A stretch of DNA of 42,462 bases, from positions 1-42,462 of IMG/VR virus record IMGVR_UViG_3300007508_000012; one strand, written 5' to 3'. Origin of the DNA: a virus (lineage: Duplodnaviria; Caudoviricetes). A model generated the notes under the pieces. That model was not told where the DNA came from, did no database searches, and saw nothing but the letters and a program-made list of their open reading frames with translations. Below are positions 18,401-28,800 of the stretch, in pieces. A program made the translations under genes and the position numbers. Every line of letters begins with the position of its first letter. The stretch's first letter is position 1.

Positions 18401-21400
18401 AAATAGATATCAACAATTTCATTTGGTTTGAATCCAGTTCCCTCAAATTCAATATCCATTGATCTCATCTTATTAACAACTGAAACATCAACAACATAGT
18501 TACCAATATTTTCTTTAACATTGCTTGATGATATCTGATTAATGATACCCTCTTCAGTTGTCTCTAGAGTTTGTACACCAGATCTAGTTGATGTTTGTGT
18601 AGCACCATTCCAATTTCCACCCTGCCAATTACCCCACGAATCCCAAGAAGTACCAACAATTCTATCACTAGTATTTTGTACATCCATAGTCAATGCAAGA
18701 GGGGCATTTAGAGCATTCCACATTTCTGTTGTATCACCCTGATCCATTTCAACAGTCAATGGTGAAATATCTCTAGTTTCTACCCACGAATCACTTGATG
18801 GAGTCAATTCTAAGAATCCAGCATATCTAAACACATTGTATGGATTAATATTCATTACACCACTTGAATATGTTTGTTCTAAAATTGGAACTTCTTTATA
18901 AGTTAAAGTATATGTTTTACTTGTTATTTTGATACCACCATCATCACTAGATGATGTTGCATTATCATACATTGTATTGTTGTTATCAACTACACCCGTA
19001 AGAAAGTTTATACCAGTGTCCATAGAATAACCATCTAGATCAATTGTAGTTTGACCATCATAAATTGAAGGATATTCTAATCCAGCATTACTAGTCTTTA
19101 ACCAAGAATGTTCGAACTGAACATTATTTGCTTCTGCCGGGGATGTTAAGAATCCACCCGAAATAGAACACCAATAATCACCATTAGTGATATCACCAAT
19201 TGCATGACTAGTAAAATTATCTGTTAGAATACCATTCTTAAATGCTTCCATAGTACCCGTAGCATCATTAATTGAAGTTTCTAATGCAGATTTTTCTAGT
19301 AATGATAATGATGTATAGTATTCAAGTCTATTAATTCTTTCTTCTAGACTTCCAATATCAGCCATTGTATAACGCTTATAATCAATAGCATTAAATTTAA
19401 TATCAGAGCCGTGTCTTAGATAAGGTGGAATAGTCATTGTATATAATGACAATGTATTCACTTGATCAGCAGGTGGCTTAGGATTTAGTGCTGGTATTCC
19501 ATTTAGCGTTGTAATTGTATTATTTGTTGTAAGAACTAGTTTATCTATTCTGGACATATAATATTCATATGAAATAGATAGAGAAGATTGAGGAACAACA
19601 ATATCAGTTGTAGATTCATTAGAAATAGGTCTCAAATCAACACAATCTCGAAGAACAAATTCTTTTCCTGAATTCTTTGATATATATCTGACAGGAGTTG
19701 TCTTATACTCATCTGAATATGATCCAACAGTTAATATACCACTATTATTTGTACGAGTAAAGTATGTGTAGGACACCGTTACTGAAGATCCTAAATCACT
19801 ACTAACATCAGAACCAAGATAAACGAGTCCACCAGATCCATATACTAAATCTCTTTGACCATTATCTATTGAGAATCTATGCGACATCTCTTCTCCATTA
19901 GAAGAAATAATAGACTTAACGTGATTGATATCAGCTTTAGATAATGGAATTCTATTACCTTCCATTGAAGAAACATTAACAGTTTCTGTAAAATCAAAGA
20001 TTTCCGTCTTTTCAATACCACCAATGTTTGATTGTTTAACTTGATAATATACAGATAAATTACCTGTAGGTTCATTAGGAAGTGTAAACGAAAGCTGTGT
20101 GTTAGGATTCACATTGGCTGGTTGAAGATCAACTTCCCAAATTTCATTATTATCATCAACAACAATGATGTATTGATTATCACTAATAGATTCTGTGTTA
20201 GTATCATTTACTGTAACTACAGCACCACTACCAGAAGAATAATTTACATTATCTTTCACACGATTAACATATCTTGTAGCTGTAGAAACAACTTTAATAT
20301 TCTCTTCTGGAAGATCGAATACTAAATTACCAGAGTAGTTTCCTTGAATACCATTCTGAATCTTAATATTTGGACCACTTTCAGCTCCAGTCGCTTCATC
20401 AAAATATTGAAGTTCTGCTACAGAGTTATTAATAACAGTCTCATTACCACTCTCAAATGGATACTCAAAATATATCTCATATTGAGAAACTCCAGATGCA
20501 GAAGTACTAATTCTTCTAAAGTTTCTAACTTTTGCTACACCAATCTTGCCGCCAGTTGAATTCTTTATATTATATTTGTGACCATTTTGAATCTGAGGAA
20601 ATCCACCACTAAATGTATCTTGAACATATTCAAGTCCTGTAGAATGTGTTCCATCAGTCTTAATAGCTTGTGTTAAAAAGAATGGTCCATATTCAACTTG
20701 AATATCTCTACCCACAACAGATGTATAATTATCTTCATCATTTTCATCAATCAATGGAGTATATACATATTCAGATGATGATCTACTAACTCTATATCCG
20801 AACACATATGCAGTACCAGGTTCAACTTTAAGACGAACTTGATCTTTGTTATATAGTGGATCATTACTAGTCTCTAAAATATCAGGATCTTTATCGATTG
20901 TTGCTGTAATTGGGAATCTTCTTACAACATAATTACCAGATTCATCATATGTTCTACGTGCAAGTGTTCTATCTAATAAACTTGCATCCTTCTCTGGTTG
21001 AGATGGAAGAGATATAATTTGACCCTTTTTAGTTTGAGAAATAGAGACAAATTTTGATGATGGATATTCTTTTAGTGCATCATTAGAAGTTGTTAGATAT
21101 AGATTTGCTCTAACTCGATCAGCACCTGGAGCATTAAAGTTATAGTGTCCTGATGCTGGATCATTTAATGACATTTCATCACCAGCTTTTACAATCTCTT
21201 CTACTAATACTAAACCTAATTTAAGTTTATCAATTGTTTGATCGTGGTCTGCAATTATCTCTTGTGGTTGTACATAATGAAATGAACCATCCATATAGAA
21301 TACGCCAGCATCAATATATGCTAATGTACCTTTACCGATAGCATCTTCTTCATTAACAATCTTTGTATTGATAATAACATCCGATTCAGTCCAAATACTA

Positions 21401-21819
21401 TCACCGATAGCAAATTCACCAATTGATGTATCAATATATTCGAAGAATACATATTTAGAATAGTCTTTCTTCTCTTTGATTGTACCATCTTCATTATAAA
21501 ATGTGACTTCTTTACCAATATGAGTTACTTTACATTTTGCTTTATTTGCACCATTAGTAAATACTAAACCTACATATTCGTTGGTTGGAATTCCAGCTAC
21601 TTTGAAATATTGACGTTCGCCAGAACCAATCTTGCCACCTTCAATCTTATCACCATTTACGAAGAATGCTTTGGACACTCTACGTAATTGATTCTTGAAC
21701 ATAGATTGAATCTGTGTTAATTCTCTAGCTTGAACTGCACGACCAGGATTGAATACAATCTGAGTAAATCGTTTTGTCTCATCAAAATCATCATAGTATG
21801 GTTTAATATTTAAATCCAT
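15421..21819 (-). CDS. DUF4815/VrlC-like large baseplate-associated structural protein
   Basis: 2132 aa with DLNIKPYYDDFD...FNPGRAVQARELTQIQS, APGADR, LARRTYDESGNY, RYTMADIGSLEERINRLEYYTSLSLLE, FKNGILTDNF, NINPY, DPLAQSF, MFKSQNGSTW and terminal PIVKNLRSIA motifs. Confidence 0.88.
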   Translation of the reverse strand: MDLNIKPYYDDFDETKRFTQIVFNPGRAVQARELTQIQSMFKNQLRRVSKAFFVNGDKIEGGKIGSGERQYFKVAGIPTNEYVGLVFTNGANKAKCKVTHIGKEVTFYNEDGTIKEKKDYSKYVFFEYIDTSIGEFAIGDSIWTESDVIINTKIVNEEDAIGKGTLAYIDAGVFYMDGSFHYVQPQEIIADHDQTIDKLKLGLVLVEEIVKAGDEMSLNDPASGHYNFNAPGADRVRANLYLTTSNDALKEYPSSKFVSISQTKKGQIISLPSQPEKDASLLDRTLARRTYDESGNYVVRRFPITATIDKDPDILETSNDPLYNKDQVRLKVEPGTAYVFGYRVSRSSSEYVYTPLIDENDEDNYTSVVGRDIQVEYGPFFLTQAIKTDGTHSTGLEYVQDTFSGGFPQIQNGHKYNIKNSTGGKIGVAKVRNFRRISTSASGVSQYEIYFEYPFESGNETVINNSVAELQYFDEATGAESGPNIKIQNGIQGNYSGNLVFDLPEENIKVVSTATRYVNRVKDNVNYSSGSGAVVTVNDTNTESISDNQYIIVVDDNNEIWEVDLQPANVNPNTQLSFTLPNEPTGNLSVYYQVKQSNIGGIEKTEIFDFTETVNVSSMEGNRIPLSKADINHVKSIISSNGEEMSHRFSIDNGQRDLVYGSGGLVYLGSDVSSDLGSSVTVSYTYFTRTNNSGILTVGSYSDEYKTTPVRYISKNSGKEFVLRDCVDLRPISNESTTDIVVPQSSLSISYEYYMSRIDKLVLTTNNTITTLNGIPALNPKPPADQVNTLSLYTMTIPPYLRHGSDIKFNAIDYKRYTMADIGSLEERINRLEYYTSLSLLEKSALETSINDATGTMEAFKNGILTDNFTSHAIGDITNGDYWCSISGGFLTSPAEANNVQFEHSWLKTSNAGLEYPSIYDGQTTIDLDGYSMDTGINFLTGVVDNNNTMYDNATSSSDDGGIKITSKTYTLTYKEVPILEQTYSSGVMNINPYNVFRYAGFLELTPSSDSWVETRDISPLTVEMDQGDTTEMWNALNAPLALTMDVQNTSDRIVGTSWDSWGNWQGGNWNGATQTSTRSGVQTLETTEEGIINQISSSNVKENIGNYVVDVSVVNKMRSMDIEFEGTGFKPNEIVDIYFDGINMINYTSHSIPTLNERKVEELDDTNIANHPIVGAPYIKVKIANYKTWSWQETFDYVSERLTNSWISTYITDDDSNDTSIEDHSGGSIFKTFPYDARRDNFHGFANLKQMKWNVAGLGTIYNDVWSGTYAYIMGMVADSANSEAIIYLSQIVGPEGFNKSYLKNIWSSEWESKTFGSQSNDLKLRIRTPWELSEMITSPRQGVDQIVPSNKIISQQAIDVVDWDGINMMMNDTTTGKYSLGEYPIDNDTSKKYHLSTDSSGNVKGVFHMPGGIFSVGTKTLRIQSPSDTTAGEANYTAFGTMQTKRDTILSYDVPMVEQEWISRERTTQQIVTDSRSRTIRWSDPLAQSFLTDFVEDVRDNNGDIKHRALEEGLYLSSIECWFSRKPSTSSPNKNTNVTLELRTMQNGIPTNMVIPGSVVNLHPDKVTSSGDAGVVPSSTKFSFTSPIYLDFAQEYCFVLLSDCDEYEVFTSTIGQSDVTTGNIITKQPYIGVMFKSQNGSTWNPMQESDVMFKMNRCKFDNDKLAQVILTPKVGIGAGFDDYKLFEGIDATTYLLNTTQAEPENTAIGWEWSTDGFNWTTLKAGVKDNFNGRMSFIDSEASNTDSTEIERMKAKPIFLRGTLASKYDNITPFIARERTNLILENNLTHYYEKLSGTQYLGNQAKVFAGDGRELIAGDRIPGIYITKPVTLNKPANSLRIYASVMEGISGGDVRFYYNTDGAPQQYIEIDCRSDIAQTYLALESYRNIIVITTSDNAEPTYSAYEAETQTWDSYAIIESYEITEYKDSDPTSLDHHGIKGRLYLSEINDAAEDDKGFILTHNNDGSTPKKIWIHPMYVNGEGIRHVEFDSQGQGADITAPLARVISNETQLEWKPMMLQTDLGKELTAEDIHTGSSNGGSGNPEVGDLIMRDSSLTASSVVLHPGEQFSEWELVPSVPSYLRDLQTDDLHRKAAFTHNSFSTFRVKIEIVAEDPLDVPIVKNLRSIAITA

Positions 21820-21834
21820 TGTATTTTCCCTTTA

Positions 21835-22800
21835 TTAAAATTCTACGATAAGTCGAATTTCTTCAACTTGATCATCCGAACGATTTAGTGGTAATCTATT
21901 CTCAAGATAGAAAATTGAACCAGAATCTTCTTTTAGTGTTGGAATAATATATTCTCCCTGCGCATTAGTCAGAATATATTCATCAGCTACAGTTTCACCA
22001 TAATGAATAAAGTCTCTAGCTAATGCAGTATCGTTTTGATATTCAGCATTTAATTCTGGATCAAGCATTAGTGCAATTTGTCTAATACGCTTATTAGGAA
22101 TAAGTGAATCATCCAATTTCTTTTTCATCATTACGTGTCTACATTTAGCGATAGAAATTGCATTTTCTTTACCATATGTATTTTGAAGAATTGTTGTTCC
22201 AGATCCAAAAGGTACTGGAAGATATAAACTTGTCATAAACTTTTCACGAATGAATTCATTCATGTCATACAAGAACTGCCAAGAATACCCATCATCATAG
22301 TGAAATAGACCAGGAAGAATGTTTCCTGGATTATTTGTATCTTCTACATTACCTTCATATCCTACTGGCTTATATGTAGAATCTGATTGTTCAGTTGTAC
22401 CTGCAACATAACCAACTTCTTTACACTCATAAACATAATATTCATTATTATGAATTGATACAACAACATCGCCAATGTTATACATAAAGTTAGATTGATA
22501 ATCTTTACGAATTAGTACAGGAGAGATCTCATCACGATAAATACGAATTGCAGAGATAATATTATCCCAAAAATCATAGATGTGTGTTGGATCATCAGAA
22601 GATGGTTCGGGCACCTTAAATGCTCTATCATATTCTGGACGATTATTAGCATCATTCGGCCAAGCATCCTGTCGTCCAATCCCTAGATAAACGTGTCGAA
22701 TATCTGATTCAGTTGTGTTTTCGTCTTGAGTATAATCAATAGAATCAACAAAGTTGATCGTATGAATTGTTCTAAATTCCGCCGTTACTACACCAGGCAT
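21835..22800 (-). CDS. gp8: Baseplate wedge subunit gp8-like
   Basis: 321 aa with YLGIGRQDAW, VYEC, DGYSWQFLY, RQIAL..DP and C-terminal SGSIFYLENR.PLNRSDDQVEEIRLIVEF; follows gp6-gp7. Confidence 0.85.
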   Translation of the reverse strand: MPGVVTAEFRTIHTINFVDSIDYTQDENTTESDIRHVYLGIGRQDAWPNDANNRPEYDRAFKVPEPSSDDPTHIYDFWDNIISAIRIYRDEISPVLIRKDYQSNFMYNIGDVVVSIHNNEYYVYECKEVGYVAGTTEQSDSTYKPVGYEGNVEDTNNPGNILPGLFHYDDGYSWQFLYDMNEFIREKFMTSLYLPVPFGSGTTILQNTYGKENAISIAKCRHVMMKKKLDDSLIPNKRIRQIALMLDPELNAEYQNDTALARDFIHYGETVADEYILTNAQGEYIIPTLKEDSGSIFYLENRLPLNRSDDQVEEIRLIVEF

Positions 22801-22815
22801 ATGTTATTCCTCATT

Positions 22816-25800
22816 TTAATCTTCTTTAATAGCTTTGATTATAAAACTTGTATTAGCAGAAATATAATCACTTAGTCTTAAATTATTTATATTGATTATT
22901 CCAGTATTATAATCAATTGTTCCTACTGGATTCCACTTTTTAATCGTAAGTCTACCAAATGGATCGGTTAATAAATTATAGAATCCTTCTATCGGTTCAC
23001 AAGTAGTTGCATTCATAAAGAATACAAATCCTGTAGTGATAGTTTCATCATTTCCTAAATAAGTCCAATACACCTGTCCTTCTGAAAGACTAACATTTAA
23101 ATCATTATAGATAGGTGATATTGTCTTATTATTTATCTGTCTTGCTTTATAATATGCCCACTCTAAATTTGCACCATCCCAATACTTAACAACATCATCA
23201 ATTGCATATTCGATTGATGAATTCCATAACCTACCTTTCGTATCGAAAAGAGAGTATCGAGTAATACCATCAATGGAAGCGACTTCTGATATATTTATAG
23301 TAGTATCTTTAATAGCATATTTATTCCATATTCCATTATATGTGTTACATACACTTTCTGACCAACTATCTACACCAATAGGTAATATATAATCACATTG
23401 TTCAGTTGTGTAATTCCAGCTACCAATTGAACCTGATGCTGCCAAGCAATTAGATTTATTGATTTCTGATCCACCCAAATCTACTAAACACTCTCCAAGT
23501 TCTATAGTATATGTAGTATCTTCAGTCTTAATAGGAACAAGTCCCTTAATAAATGGATAATCTGACGGGAAGAATGAGTTAGTTTCAGTCTTAATTTGAA
23601 CAATCTCATCGGGTCTAATGTTTTCATCATATGCATTTGTGGGAGATAAACAAGTCCAAGTAACTTCATTATCCCAAGTTTGTGCATTTCTACCCAGTTT
23701 CCAGATCGGCTCAAATGTACCAGAATTACCTTCGTGAGAAGTTGGTTCTGTCCAAGTTTCTCCTGCATCAATACAATCACTCTTATCAAATATTGTTGTA
23801 TCGCTACAATCTCCAATCATATTAGTTGCAATACATCTGAAGTACTTATTATATACGATTGGAACTCTTTTCCAAATAATCTTGATGGCTCTATCGTATC
23901 TAATAATCGCAGATCCAATCTCATCAAACACTGGTGTTACAGGTCCATCTTGAATGAATCCACCCATTTCAACTTGATCAAAATCTGGCATATGAGAATC
24001 TAATTGTGCAGATAGTCCACTATCATAAATTTTCTCTACAACAAATGCTGATGTTGGATCGTCTGGAGCTCCAACAACATCATCTACTTGATAAGTTGTA
24101 TTTGGTCTCCAGAGAGATGTTTTAGATGAACTCTGGAATATACCATCAATCCAAATACTAATGATTGTTTGATTGAATAAATTAACTGATGGTACTAATG
24201 ATGAAGATCCATCAAAGTCAAAGTAATCAATAGTAGGTTTAAGAATTACAAAATCTGTCAAATCAATTACTATTACACTTGTATAATCTTCTAATGAATT
24301 AATAGTAATTTTATTATTATCATAATCATATACACATTTCTCTGGAGATTGATATACACCATCAGCATATACTTCTATATTTGAATCATTTGTAAGATCA
24401 AAGTCTAATTGAACTTCTCCATTAGTAGAAGAATATTTATTGAATGTAGGCAAGCTCCAGCCTGAAATCGGCATACCAGTAACTAGTTTATAATGCTCAA
24501 TAGAAACTTCTGCTCCATCATTAATACCAATGAAGTCTATATTATTTCCTTGCTCATCAATTACATATCCTCTCCAAGTGTTACCTTGACCTTCACATCC
24601 AGCTCTATAATTTTGATCAATTCCATTGACTTGAGTATTAGTAATGTCAACATTATTTGAGTTATAGCAACTAACAGGACTTTGTAATATACCATCTACA
24701 TATACTTTAATATATGAATCACTTTGAATGTCACCATACATTGCAATACTATCTTCTCCATATGCCCAAGTATATCCCGCAGCTTCACATAATCCCTTAT
24801 CTTGATAGTCTGGATTATTCCAAACATCTGTTCCAGTATTATCTATACAAGAATCACTATTTCCACTCCAGACAAAGTTCTCTGGTGAATAATGAACATA
24901 TTCCATATAGTCTGGATCAATAGTAGTAGTCTGTAAAGTTACTCTAGCATCAATAATTTCTGGTTGATGATCAATCAAAGTAATCTTATTTTCTTTTCTA
25001 TTAATTGCGAATACGTGATTCAATTGATGCGAAGTTGCTTTTACAACATCATCAATATTATATGTTGTTTGTGGTGTCCAAGTTGGAGCAACAACTTCTG
25101 GAAGATTTAGAGATACATCATCACCACTACAAGAAGCAATCTTTTCGTGCATCAATTCTGATATTTTAATATTTACTTTAGGAACACCAGGTGGTAATTG
25201 TTGCATTGTAAATCTACCCAATACAACATCAAATACTACAGTCCAATCTCTACATAAACTATGGAATGTTTGTGGATTAATATAACCACCAGAAGCTGAT
25301 GGAGTCATATTTAATTCATAATCTAAAGATACATCAAATAATGCACCAACATTAATTGTAGAACCAAGATTATATCTACCAATCAATTGCATCCCAACTG
25401 GATGAACATTATCTTTAACAATTGATCTATATTCTGAAATCTGTTGATCTGAATCGATCATATATGAGAATTCTTGATAGATGAAATTATCCTGCATTAC
25501 TTTCTTAGAGTCCAAGAATCCATCTGTTGTATACCAGAATCCTCTTTCTTTAATTATACCAGAATCCTCTTCATATTTATTATTTTCTATACCAGTTAGA
25601 CGACCTCTTCTTACTTTATAACCCTTAGAAGTTGCTAATATAGAATCCCCATAAGCAGAAAGATTCTCACCAAATCTCTCATTTCTATCATAGAATTCAG
25701 CTTCAATTTTTTCTAATTGTGTTGGAACTATCTTAGCTAAATCAAATATATACACTGCACCAGCATTCTCAACAACTGTTGATTGATACTTATATTTCTT

Positions 25801-28800
25801 AGTTGAACGCCTTCTCCAATTTCTTCTAGTATCACCGTATGAAGATGTAGAACCATTATAACCAGGAGATCCTACAATCAAATACTTATCTGATATTTTA
25901 ACAGATGCTCCAAACTCATCAGCTGTGGTTTTTTCATTTGATGTTATTACACGATAGTTTACTTGACCACTTTCATGTGCAAAGTAGTATTCAATATTAG
26001 CACCGAGTCCTAATAATTCTTGTGATTGTGTTTCTGTACCTAACCAAGAAACATCTTTTTCAGATTCACTTGATGATCTAATAGAGAACATTTCAGTAAC
26101 ATCTTGTTCAATCTCACATTCATTTTGACTACCATCCCAATGTGATTGCTTAATGTTGAAAATCCAAGTGTGACCAGCATTATCACAACTCAATGCTGTA
26201 GTTAATGTATCGTCAGTTGTCCAAGTATCTACATCACCACCGTTGTCAACATAACATTTACCACCAATATCATTTGTACCACTTAGTGCCCATGTTGGAG
26301 TTTCACAACTACCTTGTGTCCAAGTATTACCAGAAATTTGTTCACAACTTGATCTTGATGTATGAGTCGCATACCATTCACCACCATTAGCAACACAATT
26401 TGTTGCAGTAGTATGAGTCTCAATCCAATTTCTACCATCATATTCACAAGTAATTTTATCATAATGATTAGCTTGCCATACACCATAATTAGGAAATGAT
26501 TCACAAGTTGATCTATCAGTACTTTCTCCATCAGAACAAATACCATTCGTTTCCCAATCATCACAATATGTACCAGTAGAACAAGAACCATCATAATCAT
26601 AATCAGAACAATATGATCCAGTGAACTGACAACCAGTTGCAGCACCAGACCACGTTCCAGCGTAATGATGACAAGTTAATTGATCGAATGATTCATTAGT
26701 TTGTATTGTTGTTACTTCTTTGATACCTAATATTTTACCAGAGTAAATATTGAAATAGATATCATCATTTTCACCAGGATCTTTCAGAAAGATATCAGCC
26801 TGTTTCTTATCATTTTCATAATCTAAATCTGATGGATCAAGCGTTAATATATTTGTATTGATGATATCGATCTTAGTATCAGTTGTCTCTGAACGTTGCC
26901 ACTTACCATTAGCATTCTTTATTAATGTATGAACAACACCACAATTATCATATGTACCATATGTTTCATTAGGCGATCCAATAGCAATAGTATCACCCGA
27001 CCCACACATACAAATAGAAGAACCAAACTTTGCTCCTTGTATTGGAGATTCAGTTGTGATATCATATTCATATGAGTTTACGTCAGTGTCACTAGGGGAA
27101 GATTTTTGAGACCAGTATCCATTACTATTCTCTCTATAAATAAAGACTTTACCAACTCCACTTGTCAATTCAAATGTTCCAGTTCCACCAATAACTTCAC
27201 TTCTAACATTTGCATTTGGAGCTCCAATAGCAAGTTCTTTTGTTGTTTGATTGAATGAGATAGTATATCCAAATTTTAGATCTGAAATATGATCCAAAAC
27301 CGGTACCCATATACGCTCCATTAAATATCCATCCGCCCAACTATTTCCAACTTTCTTGAATAGATATACTACACCACTATTTTTTACTGATCCTTCAATC
27401 TCAACATCTTCGTTTGGAGCGCCAATGAATATATAATCATTAGATATTATAACTGAATAGCCAAATTGTCCTTCAATTTTAGCATTAATATTTGGAGATT
27501 GTAATGTGCGCTGAAGTTCCCACGTTTCTCCCTTATCACTTGTCTGATAAATGTATGCTTTACCAGATTTTTCTAATGAACCATCTTCGTTTGGAGCACC
27601 GATAACAACTACATCATCGTATGAAGAAATAGCTGACCCAAATTGTGTTTTCTTAGGATTTGTAACATAATGACTAGGGAATATTTTTGAATGAAGTTTC
27701 CATAATGCACCACTTTTCTTTAATATATGTACAGTAGAAATTCTATCAATATGACCTAATTTTGTTCCAGCTTCTCCAACAAATGCTATATCATCTTCAA
27801 AATTATTAACATCATTGGCTTGCAAAATATTAACATAGCTACCAAATTCTTCAAATGATACAGAATCTTCTTTTTGTATAAGATCTTGTGAAATTCTCCA
27901 ATTCTCTTTATTGAGAACTAATTGCTTAGATCCAATATTCTTGAATGGATATACTATTCCTGTATTTTTAGAATATTTTGGGTGTCCAGCAAATAGATAA
28001 TCATCTTCAATATGAATTGTTTTACCAGTACAAATTTTCTCTAAATTATCAAGATTTGTTGCACCAGCAAAATGATTATGATCTGGATTTGGATTATCTA
28101 CTATATATACACGTTTCCAAGTATTTCTAACTCTATTAAATACATATACACTTCCCTTATTAGATTCGGTTGGTGCAGCTACAGCTAATTTATCAACATC
28201 AAATTTATTTCCATCATCATCTACAGGAGATTCGAATATATATAATGCTGAACCAAATCCAGGAGTTTTCTTATCCCATTCTGCATATAATTTAGTTACA
28301 ATCGAATATTTGAATACTCCATTCTCAACTTTATAATTATCATATGCATATACTACACCTCCATTAACACTTGAAGGCGTTTCTTGATTTGGTGATCCAA
28401 TCATCATATAATTTTCTGTCATCATCACTGACACACCAAATTTAGAATTTAGTATTGTATCATTATTTGTGATATTAGCTGGACCTAGACGATTAATATT
28501 TGTCCATTCGTGAACATCATCTTCTTTCCAATAAATGTGTACAGATCCGATACCAAAATCTTCTGGCTTCTTATAAGTTGTTGGATCATTTTCCCAATTT
28601 GTTAATGATGTAAAGTATGTTTGATAATCATTATCACCAATACCTTTCGGCTCACCAACTAATAATATGTTTTCTCTAATATCAACTGATGCACCAAACA
28701 TAGCTTTTTCAATTGATCTAGCTGGATTTATTGGAGCATTACCAGCAACTGCTGTATCATAATAAAATTTTCCATCTTGAACTATAACTTGTTCACCACC

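Noticed and set aside
23292-23299. Additional TATAAATA on the - strand
   Set aside because: About 490 nt inside gp7 from the next start; an all-AT octamer is expected occasionally by chance at this composition.
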